NCBI GenBank assembly: GCA_004431415.1
Contig: QPMI01000406.1
Span: 1,584 to 65,583, forward strand
Length of the DNA: 64,000 nt
From: Cyanophora paradoxa CCMP329
Taxonomy: Eukaryota; Plantae; Glaucophyta
Direction of reading: 5' to 3'
The notes below the pieces were generated by a model. That model saw only the letters and a list, made by a program, of their open reading frames with translations, was not told where the DNA came from and made no database searches. The position numbers and the translations under genes are program-made. Positions 12,590 through 25,400 of this stretch are shown here, in pieces; positions within the stretch are counted from its first letter, which is position 1; each line of letters starts with the position of its first letter.

Positions 12590-13176
12590 CTAGGCGGCGA
12601 GGGCGGGGGCGGCCTTGCGGGGGACCAGCCGCGAGTGGTCCCGCACCTCCACGATCTGCCTCGGGTTCGGATCCCGGCGCGGCGCCGGCCGGGCCGGCTC
12701 CGATCGGATCGGATCAAAGAGGGGCGGACCTTGCCGCGAAGGACGTAGCTCGTCACGTCGTCGATGAGCACGTCCACGAACTGCGGGGAGCCAGGGGCCG
12801 TCAGGGGGCGCGGATCAAAGGGCTCGGGCTTGGGGTCGGCCCGGGGCGAGCCTTGCCGCGGAGCTCGTCGATGGATCCGGGGATGTGGACTGCGCGGTTC
12901 GTCGGGGTACGCCCCACGACGATCCCCTCCCGCTTGGCGCTCGAGATCTCAACCAGGACCTGCGGCGGCGGTCAGTCGGTCAGGCCGCGCCCGCCCCCCG
13001 CCGGGCCCGAGCCCGAGCGGCGCGGCGCGCCTCCTCGACGCGTCCGAGGTAGCGCTGGGAGCGGGCCGTGGCGCCGGCGTTGACGGCGCGGTTCAGCCGG
13101 TGCAGCCGGTCCTTCTTCACCTCCTCCGGCAGCTGGTCCCGTTTCCCGACCGATCAGGCCCAGACGCGAGAGAAGA

Positions 13177-13207
<31 letters not shown>

Positions 13208-14270
13208 AAGGACCTGGTCCTCCCAGACGGCGGCGGGGGTGTTGGGCCGCGGCGAGTACGCCGCCGTGTTCACCACGTCAAATTGGATCTGCACCCGGCG
13301 CGGGCCCCGTCGGCCTGGATCCTCCCGGGGGGGGGGGGGAAGGGGAAGGGGGGTACGGACCTCCTCGACGAGGCGCACGGTGTTCATGAACTGCTCCTCC
13401 GTCTCCCCGGGGAAGCCTGCCCGGCCCGCCCGGGCTCAGCGGGAGGGAGGGGAGGGAGGGAAGAGGGCCTAGAGCCCGGCGGGGCGCGGCCATCGTCCCG
13501 GGCGGGCGGGGGCGGGGCGGGGGCGGACCGACGATGGCGTCGGCGGAGATGCCGGCGTCGGGGATGCGCTCGCGGATCGCCGCGATGATCGCCTTGTACC
13601 GCTCGATCGAATCTGCGAGGCCGTGGGCGGGGGCGCGGGAGGCGGGGGCGGGGGGAAGAGGGGGAGGCGGGGAGAAGGGGAGGCGAGGTCGTGGGCGGGG
13701 GCACGGGAGGCGGGGGCGAGAAGCGGGGGCGGGGGCAGGGGAGGCGGGGGCGGGGCCGGGGGCGTGGGAAGAGGGGCCGGGGCCGCACAGCCGCGCTTCA
13801 TGGCCTTGAGGACGTCGTCGTCCCCGCTCTGGAAGGGGATGTTGAAGTAGGGCATCACCTGAGCGGGAGGGGGGGTGAGAGGAGGGGAGGGATGGGGGTA
13901 GGGGGGGTAGGGGGCGAGCCTTGGGGAGCTCGGCGCAGGCGGCGATGAGGCGGGACGAGAAGTAGCGGGGGTGGGAGGTCGTGAAGCGGATCCGCTCTGC
14001 CCGCCCCGAAACGGATCGAATCTAGCTTTCTTTGGGGTAGCTGTGGGATCGGGCGCACCGATGCCGTCGACGTCGTGGATGAGGTGGAGAAGGTCCGTGA
14101 GGGTCCAGAGGTGCGCCCCGTCCGGTTTGGAGCCCGGCAGGTCCCTGCCCGGCAGGTGAGGCGGGGCGGGCGGCGCGGGCGGGGGACGCGCCGGCCGTAG
14201 GCATCGATGTTCTGCCCCAGAAGCGTGATCTCCTTGTACCCCATCGCCGCCAGGCCCTCCACCTCCTGCG

Positions 14271-14317
<47 letters not shown>

Positions 14318-15960
14318 AGTTGAGGGGGGTACGGGCGCGCCTTGCGGATGGCGTCGGGCTGGCGCGACTGCTCCGAGCCGCGCGTGAAGGGAACGACGCA
14401 GTACGTGCAGCGCTCGTTGCAGCCGTAGATGATCTGGAGGGGTATAAGAATTTTCGGGGGTACGCGTCGGGTAGGTCACGGGTACGCACATTGACCCACG
14501 CGGTGACGGACGACTCGCGGCGGGGCTGTGAGATGTCCTCCACAATCTGCAGGGGGGTACGTTGGCGAGAGGAGGGGGGCAGGCCCCGGTTGGTGCCGGG
14601 GCCCAGGCACCTCGGCCTCTTCCGTGGCGACGATCTGGCGGCCGCTGCTCCACACCTGGGAGGGACTCGGCTCGGGGGGTACAGGGAATCTTGGGGGGGG
14701 GTAGGCGCACGTCCTCGAGGAGGCTGCCGATGCGGTTGGCGTGCTGGGGGCCCAGCACCATATCCAGCTCCGGGACGCGGCTGCGCGGGGGCGGGTCGAG
14801 CTCGAGGGGCCGCGGGTTCGGATCCGGCGGGGTCCCGCACCGGAGGAGCTGGTCCCCCTCCTGCTGAGCCACGCAGCCGGCGAAGACGAGCGTGACGTCA
14901 TCGCCCTGGCGCTTGCGATCCGCCTGGTACCCCAGCGCAGAGTAGACCTGGCGTCGCCGGCGCGCGGACGATCCCGGGCCCGTCAGCGAGGGAGAAACGC
15001 GATGGGAAGCAAGGGCCGCCGGGCACCTTGTGCTCCGCAGACTCGCGGATGGCGCATGTGCTGCGGGCGGGGGGCGGGTGAGGGCGCGCGCGGAGCGGCG
15101 GCTCGGAAGAGCGCAGGCAAGATCAAAAGGCGCACTTGCACACGACCACCTGCGCGTCGTTGATGTCGTCTGCATGCGGGGAGCGGTGAGCGCCAGCGAG
15201 GCGCAAGTGGGCGAAAACGAGGCGGGCGCAGACCCGTCCAGCGCATCCCCAGGTCCTCCATCGCGCCCGCCATGCGCTCCGTGTCGGCCTTGTTCATCTG
15301 GCACCCCCACGTTTGAATCTGCGAAGGATCAGGAGAAGCGAGCGGTGCGCGTGTGGAGGTGCATCTCACGTGGAACTGCGCGCAGGAAAGGCGGAGGGGG
15401 GCGAGCGTCAGCGTGCAGAAGCCGAGGGACGATTTCAGCTGGGGTGGCATGGCTCGAGCGGCACGAAAGGCGGAGGGGGCTGGCGTGAGCGTGCAGGAGA
15501 TGGAGGGGCGCGATTTCGGTTGGGGCGGGACGGCTCGAGCGGCACAGAAGGCGGAGGGGGCTGGCGACAGCGTGCAGGTGCCGGAGGGTCGCGATTTCGG
15601 CTGGGGGCGGCATGGCTCGTGTGTACACGCGTGCCGCACGGCATTGAGGCATTCGGCGCAGTTATCGCTGCGCTCTAGCTAAGCGCGGCGCACCTTCTTC
15701 CCGCTGCCGGCGTCGCTTTTGAGCGAGGTCGGCTTGTAGTCTCCGTCCAGCAGCTCCTCCTCCTGATCCATGTGGCATGTGGGCGAGGCGACGAACTGGC
15801 GGACAGGAGTGCGCCTGCTCGCTTTCACGCGCTGGCCGCGAAAGAAAGATTCATTGGCCGCGCTCGCGATCCGCTGGTGCTGGGGGGCAACTGTGGCGCT
15901 AGGCACAACCACGCGCTGAGCGCGCTGCGGCAGTGCGCCAGAGACTGCGAACGCTGCCAT
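12590..15960 (-). CDS. miaB: Plastid-targeted tRNA i6A37 methylthiotransferase MiaB (radical SAM), about 20 short exons
   Basis: Exons give [37 protein letters not shown] (CxxxCxxC), [69 protein letters not shown] and a C-terminal TRAM domain, with stop TAG at 12592-12590. There is an N-terminal transit peptide MAAFAVSG...SFFRG. Confidence 0.95.
15388..15620. repeat. ~80-bp minisatellite (3 copies) in miaB intron 1
   Basis: AAGGCGGAGGGGG...GCGTGCAG...GATTTC.G.TGGGG...GGCTCG recurs at ~15388, 15467 and 15548. Confidence 0.85.
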
Positions 15961-16440
15961 CTAAGAATCCCTCGAACTGCTGCGGCGAAACGCCCTCTAC
16001 CCCCCAAAAAGGAGGACCTGGGCGAGCGGCGCCGGCTGTGGTACGCGTGGTACCGGCTCTGGTTGAACGAGCGGCGCGCATCCGGGGGTGTCGATTGAAG
16101 CTAGTGCAGCCCTGGTTTCTGGTCCGCTCGACGAGCAGCGAGGTGACCCTAGCTCGTTGCCCGTGAGGCACGGCCCAGCGAGAACGCAGCGCAAAGCTTG
16201 AAAGCTTGAATATGTCAGGTTCTTTGTAGGCTCCGGACCAACGCTCTCCTCCGTAGCTAGCTGCTCGCAAACTCAAAGCCTCCGGAGCGTCGACGTGGGG
16301 GCTGCGAACACGCGCCGACTCGTCCTAGGTTAGGTTGTGACTTTCAAAGCGACAGTAGCGTGCCAAGACAGGCCCCCGGAGCGGCAGGGCGCAGCTTGTG
16401 ATCCGGGACCCGATCGGCGCGTCGACCGGCACCAGCGCCC

Positions 16441-19400
16441 ATGCTGAGGCGAAGAAAACGGAGCGAGCGCGGCGCTCGATGCCCCTGCGGCGTGGGCGGC
16501 GCGCGCGCGAGCCGCGGGGCGGCCGTGGCGCTCCTCCTCGCGGCGGCCCTGGCGGCGTGCGCCGCGCAAGTGGCGGACCCGGCGCTGGGCGTGGATTTCG
16601 GGACGACCGGCGGGTTCGACGGGCCGCGGGCGGTCGTGGTGCCGGCGCTCACCTTCACGAGCCCGCTGACGTTGGAGTTCAAGGTGAAGGTGGGGCAGGA
16701 CCAGGAGCTGGGTGCCCGCCTCGTGGACTTCGGCAACCCCGAGGACGGCACCAAGTCCGACGTCGACAGCCTGGTGCTGCTGCCCGCCCGCCCCTCTGCG
16801 GCGCTTCTCCGGCCTCCTCGGCGCCTCACGCCCCCGCCCCGCCCCGCCCCAGCAAATCGCCTTCTGCCCGTCCTCGGAGGGCGCCGCCTGCGGAAACGTG
16901 CGACCGCCCCGCCCCGCCCCGCTCAGCGCCGCCCAGCGCCGACGCGCCGGCAGGTCGACGCGGGGAAGGTGGCCCTGCGGGTCACCCTCTACCAGTTCAC
17001 GGCGCGCCTGAGCCAGTTCGTCCTCTTCGGCGGCGCCGACGGCATCCCGGTCCGCGCCGTAACCCCCCTTCCCCCCGCCCTCTCCTGACGCGGGGCGCTG
17101 CAGGCGGACGGCACGTGGCACCACGTCGCGATCGCCTGGTCGGCCCCGGCCACGAAGCAGGCGTACGGGTACCTGGACGGGACGCTGCGGACCACGGCGG
17201 CGTCGGAGCCGGTACCCGTCCCGGCGCCCTCGGCGCGGCGGACGCGCAACTTCATCGGGAGCCCGCTCGAGTGGGTCGAACCACGGGCCACGGGCATCTC
17301 CCTCGCCGGTGCCGCCCGCCCTCCCGCCCGCCCGCCCCCCCGCCCCCGACCTCCCTCCGGGTTCTTACAGCCGCCGCGCAGACTTCCGGCTGTGGGGCGT
17401 CACGCGGGGCGCGGCGGAGATCGCGGCGGCGATGAACGGGGATCCGGCCCCCGCCGCCCCGGGCGACCTGCTCCTCCGCTACAAGTTCGACGACTGCGGC
17501 GACAAGGGGGTGCGCTTGTTTCGAAGAAGCTCAGCCCCCCGCGGGGCCCAGCCGACGCTTGCGTTCCCGGCAGCCGATGCTGGGGGCGGTCGACTCGTCG
17601 GGGGCGGGCCTGCACGCGAGCCTGGTGGACGACGCGCGGCTCGCCTGCCCGGACCCGGCGCCCGCCCTCGCCGCGCAGCCGGCCGCCCCTTCGCTGCTGG
17701 CCGCCGCCGCCACGGGCCCCGTCTCCGTCTCGGCCACCATCGCCTTCACGGCGGGGCAGGGCGTCGCCGAGGTCGAGCTCCGCTGCTCCGGCTTCGGCGG
17801 GCCCGCCGTGGCCCGCCTCTCCGTGGCCGACGCCGACGCCCCCGGCGCCTACGTCACCGTCGCCGTCGCCGCATCCTACGGGAACGCGTACCCCCTCTCC
17901 TGCACCGCCGTCGCCCGCACGGCCGCGGGGCTCGTCTCGCCGGCCTCGTCGCCGGCGCTCTCGGTGGTCGTGCCCTCGGGCATGGCGCTGGCGGCGCAGG
18001 CGGCCCTCATGCCGGCCGGCAACCCACTCGCCTCCAACACCTTCCTCCGCGTCGGTCCGCTTCGTTTCCTCCGCCCCTTTCCTTCCCTTCCGGATTCGAA
18101 CCCGCGCCCGCGCCCGCCGGCAGGCACGCCGGTGGCGTCGGACGAGGCCGTGACGATCGCGTACGCCGTACCCCTCCCCAACTACCTCCTCGGGCAGCGC
18201 CCGTCCTCCCACCGCCTCGGCCTCATCACCCAGACCCGCCAGGTGCCTTGCTCTTACCATCCCTCCGTTCTCTCTCTTCTGTCTTATCCTTGTCATGTTG
18301 ACTTCTCCCTTGCAGGATGTGTTCTTCTGCGACTACGACCTGGACGCGTGCCGCTGTACGGTCGTTCGGACGCTCAGCGGGGAGGGCGCCCGCGCCCTCC
18401 GCGGCGCCCGCCCCGTGGACTTCGCGTACGCGTCCCTCTCGCCGTATCCCCCCAAGGACCCCGACGCCCGCTTCCCCCCGCACCGCCTCGCCGACGCCGC
18501 GGTACCCCTTTTCTTCTTCTTCTCCCCCTTCCCATCTCTAACCCGGGGCGGCCTCAGGCTGCGTGGCATTGGAGCGCGGAGGCGTACGCCGCACGGTCGG
18601 ACCTTATCGGCCCGGCGGCCGCCGGCGTGCTCCAGCCCCCCGCCTCCTGCGAGTCCTACGCCTGCTACACCTACGCCGCCCAGGTCCCTCCCTCCCCTCT
18701 GCGCTCTCTTCTTAGATCGCGTTGGCCCGGCGATCCTCCGACCCCCTCCGCCGCAGCGCTGGGCGGGCTACGCGTTCAGCGGGTGCAACCCGGAGGGGTA
18801 CGGCCCCATCCGGCCGTTCCCCCCGGACCTCTGCGCAACAGCGGACCCCTACGGTGCGCCTTTGCTCCTCCCTCCTCCTCCCTCCTTCCGCCAACCGAAG
18901 AGCGAACAGACTTCATGGCGTTCGCGCGGAACTTCTCGACCGACTTCCGGCACTTCAGGGCGGCCTACGAGCGGACCCTCTACGAGGCCGCCTCCGGCCT
19001 CTCCTCCGCCGCCTCCTCCGAGACGTGCGCCCTCTCCTTTCCTGTCCTTTCCTTTCCTTTCCTTTCCTTTCCTTTCCTTTCCTTTCGTTCCTCTGATGCT
19101 TCGTTCTCCGAAGGTACGAGTGGGCGGGCCTGCTGGGGGCGCTGCACCTGTACAGCCCGGAGCCGGCCGGCGAGAACGCCAACGCCTCGCTCGCCTCCCG
19201 CCGCACCTTCCGCGTCCAGCCCGAGCTCCTCAGGTGAGCGCGACCGGCACGGGTCATCTGAGGCGCCGCACCTGAGGCGTTTCCCCCCCTCGCAGCTACG
19301 GCGCCTCGCGGCCGGACGCGGACCCGGAGGAGGCGGCCGCGGGGGGGGACGAGGATTCCGCCCTTGGGCCGCACTACCCCTTCCCCTCCACCAACTGCCT

Positions 19401-22400
19401 CGACTGTCCGCCCTGCACCGTACCCCCCGTTCCCATCATGTACCCCCCTCACCCGCCGTTTTCGGCGCAGTCTACGACGCGGAGCCGACGGGGCGGACGT
19501 TCGAGGGGGGCGAGACGATGGCGGACGTGCGCCGCGCATACGGCGGTACCCCCACCGCCCTCCTCCTCCAGGACACCCGCGTGCGTGCCCCTCCCTCGGA
19601 AAGCGCACCCCTCCGGATTCGAGCCGGCGCCGCCTGCGCAGTACTTTACGTTCTGGGGCCGCGGCTCTGCCTTCTTCGGGTCCTTCCTGGAGATGGGCCA
19701 GCCGAGCCGGGACTCGCGCGTCGTACCCCTCCTCAAGGCCTGCTCCCTGGGCGCCGGCGTCGCCCTCCTCAAGTTCGACTTGGCGGCGGTAGCCCCCGCT
19801 GGGACAACCCCGGGGACCTCCGCGATCTACCAGCGCATCCCGTGGCCCGGCGCCGACGGCTCCGCCTACGCCGACTCGTTCCCCCCCGGCGCCAGCGTCC
19901 AGGCCGTTGAGGCGGACGGGCGCGTGGCGGAGGGCGGGCCGCTGCTCTACCACGCCATCGTCCGCGTACCCTTCTTCCCCGCCGGTCCCGCCCAGTGCGC
20001 CTCGCCCCTCGTGGGCGGCGTCCTCTGCCCCGGCCTCAACGTCACCTCCGTCACCGCCATCTACACCTGGTACCCCCCTCGCTCTCGCCCCCCCCCCCCT
20101 GCCCATCTCATTTCCCCCCTAGGGAGGTGAACCCGGCGTCCTTCGCGGACGAGCCCGTGGGAGCGGCATCATCGCCGTACCCCTCCGCAACGGCCCTCTC
20201 CACGTACCGGACTGGGGTAGTCACCCACGGGCCCCCGAAGGTCCTCCGCACGGACTCAATCCCCCTCTCCGACCACTGGATCGTGCGCCCAGTACCCCCC
20301 CGCCCACGCCCCCACCCTCCCCCTCCCCCCTTCGCGTTGCTCGACGCCGACGCCTCCGCTCAGGTGCAGAACGAGCGCCCGCTGCACACAAGCGGCGGCT
20401 ACGGGGTGCGAGCGCCGTACCCCGGCGAGAATCTGTACCCCCTAGCCCGCTCTGATTCCGTACCCCTATCCACAGTACTTGGAGGGCCGCTTCGTGGACC
20501 CGCCCAACGGGCGCTACGCCTTCTACGTCACCGGCGATCAGATCATCCGAATCCGGTCCGCCCTTCCTCTTCTTTTTCCCTGTTTTTGTTTTGTTTTCTT
20601 TCTTCTTCTTCTTCGTCCTCTTAGCGCGGGGCGGCAGGAAAGCGAACAGCTACCAGAGCGGGATGGCGGGGGAGGTGGACGGGACGCTGCGGATCTACGG
20701 TGGGGACGGCTGGACGGGCTCGCGGCGCGAGTGGACGAGCGTGGCCGCCGCCGCGTACAAGGACGGCACGCTCTACGTCGTCAGGGAGGTGAGCGGCGCC
20801 GGGCCCGGAGGCTGATAATAAAGGGCCGACGGAGGAGGGCCGCGGCGGGGTACAGGTGCACACGCCGGAGAACACGCGGATCTTCACGCTGGCGTCGGAG
20901 ACAGAGACGCGCCCCCGCTTCGTGGCCGGCAAGCGCCTCAGGCGCAGCGCCGAGCGCGCCCCCAGCTCCCAGGTCCGGTCGCCCCCTTCTCCTTCCCCTG
21001 GTTCCTTTTCTGTCGCGCCGAATTCCTTTTCTCTGTCGCAGCTGCTTCGGATCGTGGGCGTCGACTCGGCCTCGTTCGCGGCGCCCTCGGTGAACGTCTC
21101 CCTCGTCGTCCCCAGGTTCCCGGTGCGTGCAAGCGAAGGCGAACGAAGGCGCCGCCCGGCCCCGCCTCGAGCCCACGCGCGGCTCGCCCCTCCCGCAGGC
21201 GAACATCATCAGCGCGCACGTTGTGGACGACTACTCCTCGGGGCGCATGCTGGAGGCGGACCCCGCCCTGCCCTTCTCCGAGCTCCCCTGGGTCATCTTC
21301 GTCATCAGGTTCAGTGGCTTTAGCTACCCTCAGCTCTGCGTTCGCTCTCAGCAACTTTCGTTTTTGATGGCGCCCGCAGCGCGCCGCCGATGGTGATCAA
21401 GATGCACACGCGGTGCCCGGCGGGCCAGCGCTGGAACTGGGAGGCGGCCGTCTTCAACCGCTCCGTCGCCAACGTGGACCTCTGCGTGCAGCTCCCCGCC
21501 GGGCGCTACTCGCCCCTCGAGGGCCTGCTTCTGGACGAGGACGCTCCGCTCTGCCCCGCCGGGAACTACAGCGCCGCCGGCAGCACCGCCTGCAGCCAGT
21601 GCGAGAAGGGCACCTGGGCCGACGGCGGCGCCGCCGGCTGCTACGGTGCCCCACCCCTCCCTCCTCCTCCTCCCCCCAACCTCTCGTCCCGCCGCTGACT
21701 GACAGCGTACCCCTCCCGCCCCTCAGACTGCCCGCAGCACACGTACGCGAACGAGACGGGGATGCCGTGCACGCCCTGCCCCGAGAACCTCTTCACCACC
21801 GCCACCAAGTGGACCTTCCGTCCGCCCCCGCCCCCGGCCCCGCCTCTCCCGCCCGCCCATCCTTCTTATATCCCCTCCGCTGCAGAGTGCGCGCCGTGCC
21901 TGCCCGGGAGCTACCTGCCCCGCCCCGGCGACTCCAACTGCATCACCGTGCGCCTTGAGGACGCCGCGCCACGCCGCGCCTCGCTTGCCTTCGCCTGACG
22001 CCGGCCCCGCGCGGCCCGTTGACAGTGCCCGAGCAACGCGTACAGCGGTTTCGGGGCCCTCTACAACTGCTCCTACTGCCCCCTCGGCGAGTACCCCACC
22101 TCAGACCTCTCCACCTGCGCCAAGTGGTCCGCCCGCCCGCCCGCGCCCACCCTTCCTTTCCCCTTAAGCAATCGAGCTCGACTACTTCTGCTACCTTTTC
22201 CCGGTCGTTGAGCTTCGTTCTTCGTTCTTCGTTCGCTCGCGCCGCAGCAAGCCCGGGGAGTACCAGCCGTCGGAGAACGTCCCGTGCATCCCCTGCCCCC
22301 CCGGTGGGCCCCCGCCTCCGCCCTCGCCCCTCCCCCTCCCCCTCCGGCCTGACGCGCGCGCGCGCGCGCGTCAGGCCGCTGGAGCTCGGCGGGCACCTTC

Positions 22401-25400
22401 GGCAACTGCTCCGAGTGCACGATGGTGTGACCGCCCCGATGCTCTCATCGAGGGAATCGGGGCTGACGGCGGCGGGGGCGCAGGGTCGGGAGGTGACGGA
22501 CAAGCAGGACGGGTGCCAGTGGTGCCGCCCGGGGTACTACGTCCCCGAGGGCGAGGTCAAGTGCTTCCTCTGCCCCGAGGGCACGCTCTTTCCTACCCCC
22601 CCCCTTCCGCTCCGCTGCGATGCCCGCGGCTCACACTTCGCCTCGCCCGCGGCTCGCCCCGCTCAGACTCGGCGTCGTCGGGCGGCGAGGGCTGCCGCCA
22701 GTGCGGCCCGGGCTTCGTGAGCCCTGACGACCGCCTCGAGTGCCGCGCGTGCCCGCCGGGGACCTTCGAGGACGTCCTGAACGCCAACGCGACGGGGGAG
22801 TGCACGCCGTGCCCGCTCAACAGCGTCGCCCCCTTCGCCAACTCGACGGCCTGCGACGCCTGCGCCGAGGGGTACGTCTCCTCCCCGGACTCGACCCTCT
22901 GCCTCCCCTGCAACTCCGGTGCTTCTTCTTCCTCTACCCCTCGGCTCGGCGTCGCTTCGTTCCGCTAAAACGAGCGTCCGCAGGGACGTACCGGTCGGCT
23001 GTGAACGCTTCGTGCGAGCCGGTGCCGCGGGGCGCGGCGGCGCCGGCCGGCTCGCCCATGTACACCCGCTGCGTCAACGGGACGGTCCCGAACGGGGCGC
23101 GGAGCGAGTGCGTGCCGTGCGGCAAGGGCACCTACAAGGTCGAGAACGAGTGCCAGCGGTCAGCTGAGCCGCCCGCGGCTGAACTGAGCTGATCTGATCT
23201 GAGCACTCTCCCCTCAGGTGCCCGCTGAACACGATCGCGTTCGAGGAGTCCCGCGAGGAGTGCACCCCCTGCAGGGCCGGCGAGGTCGCATCGGCCGACT
23301 CTCAGACCTGCATCCCCTGCCCCGCCGGTATTTACTTGCTCTTTCAAGGATTTCTTTCGCTTTCTTCTCACTGACGGGCCCGCGCCGGCTGGCTTCCAGG
23401 GATGTACCGGGGCCAGAACATGAGCGCGTGCGAGCCGGTGCCGCTGGGCTCGGCGGCGCTGGAGGGCTCCGCGGAGCACACGCCGTGCGGGAACGGGAGC
23501 GTGCCGAACCCGTCGCGCAGCGAGTGCGTCCCCTGCCCCAAGGGCTCCTTCGCCGTCGACTTCGAGTGCCAGCGGTGCGCCTGCCGCGAAGTCGGGCTCT
23601 GGGTCGGGCCCTGACTGACCACGCGCAGGTGCTCGCTGAACGAGGTTGCGTCGGCGGAGGGGATGGAGAACTGCACGGCCTGCCCCCCTGGCACCGTCAG
23701 CGCCGCCGACTTCCAGACCTGCGTCCCCTGCCCCGCCGGTGCGAACGTAGCCTCAGCCTCAGCCTCAGCCTGGCTCAGCCTCAGGCTGCCCGCCCGCAGG
23801 GACGTACCGGATGGCGAACATGTCGACGTGCGAGCCAGTCCCCGCCGAGAGCGTCGCCGTCGAGGGGTGAGCGAGCGAGCGGGCCTGGAAGTATTAGATC
23901 TGGGCCTCGGCGCTGACGCGCGCGGGCGCGGGGCAGGAGCGAGATCTACACGGTGTGCCTCCCCGGCTGGGTCCCCAACACGATCAAGACGGAGTGCGTG
24001 CCCTGCCGCAAGGGCTCCTACGAGCTCGACGGCATCTGCCGCAAGTACGTCTGTGCCCGGGCCGCCGCCTCCAGATACACTTCCTTGGTTTACGCGCCCC
24101 CCGCAGCTGCCCGCTGAACGCGGTGTCGCCGTTCGAGAACGCGACGGAGTGCATCCCGTGCCCGCCCGGCACCGTCGCCACGGCCGACCTCCAGACCTGC
24201 GTCCCCTGCGGCGTCGGTGCGCGCCGCGCCCAACCCGAGCGCCCCTCTCTTAAGAGGCTCTGAAGCAACTTCCTGACGAACTCCCCTAAGGGACGTACCG
24301 GGGCGAGAACATGACGAACTGCACGCCGGTCCCGTCGCGCGCCGTGGCGCTCGAGGGCTCGCCCGCCTTCACGCCCTGCCCCAACGGCTCCATCGCCAAC
24401 GGCGCCAAGTCCGAGTGCATCGCCTGCCGCGCCGGTCCGCCCCCTTCCTCCTAGCCCTCGCTGTGCTCAACCTCCCTTGGCAGGGTCGTACCAGCGGGGG
24501 GAGCTCTGCCTGCAGTGCCCCCTCAACCACGCCAACCCCGTCGTCAACCAGACCGAGTGCTCCCCTTGCCCCGACGGCGCGCCCTCTGCCCAATCCCCCC
24601 CTCGCTCCGTCCTCGGTTCGTTCTTTCTGAGGCGCTGCGCGGGCAGGGTACGTGGCGGCCGCGGACAGCCAGACCTGCGTCCGTGCGTGCCTCTACCCCC
24701 CCTCTCCCCCGCCCCCACCTCCTCCGCCCCGCTTCAGCCTCGGCCTCCGCCGCTCACGCCGCCCCGCAGCGTGCCTGGGGGGCTACTACCGGAACGCGAG
24801 CCAGCCGATCTGCCACCGGGTCCCCGCGGGCGCGGTGGCCCTCCCCGGGTCGGGCAACTACACGCAGTGCCCCCGCGGCTGGGTACCCAACCAGGAGTCG
24901 ACCTCCTGCCAGCCCTGCGAGAAGGGTGCCGGCCCTCTGCGTTCAGCGTTGTCTTCCTTCCTTTTCGCTGAGCCCTCCTCTTCCTCTTGCAGGGACGTAC
25001 GAGACGGAGTGGGCGTGCCGCGACTGCGTGGGCAACACGCACCAGCCCGAGGCCGGCCAGACCTTCTGCACCGAGTGGTCCGCCCGCCCTCGGCTCCGCC
25101 CGCCCTCTTCCCTCGCCCCTCCTCCGCCTGAGCCTTCTCCTTCTCCTTCTCCGCGCAGCGCCGCCGGGTCGGTGGCCTCGGAGGACCGCCAGGGCTGCGA
25201 CCCGTGCCCCAGCGGCTCCTTCCGCAACGCCTCCATGTCCTACTGCCAGCTGGCCCGCCCCGCCCGCCCACCCCTCCGATTCCTCTGCGTCTCCCCCTCT
25301 GATTTCCTCGTCAGTGCCCGTTCACGACGTACTCGCCGGCCCCGGGGGCCTTCGAGTGCGACACGTGCCGCCCCGGCACGCAGTCCAGCGACGACCGCAC

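Noticed and set aside
13180-14320. Long poly-G tracts as special G-quadruplex elements
   Set aside because: They lie in miaB introns (poly-C on the sense strand), similar tracts occur in many host introns, and their lengths are unreliable in this assembly.
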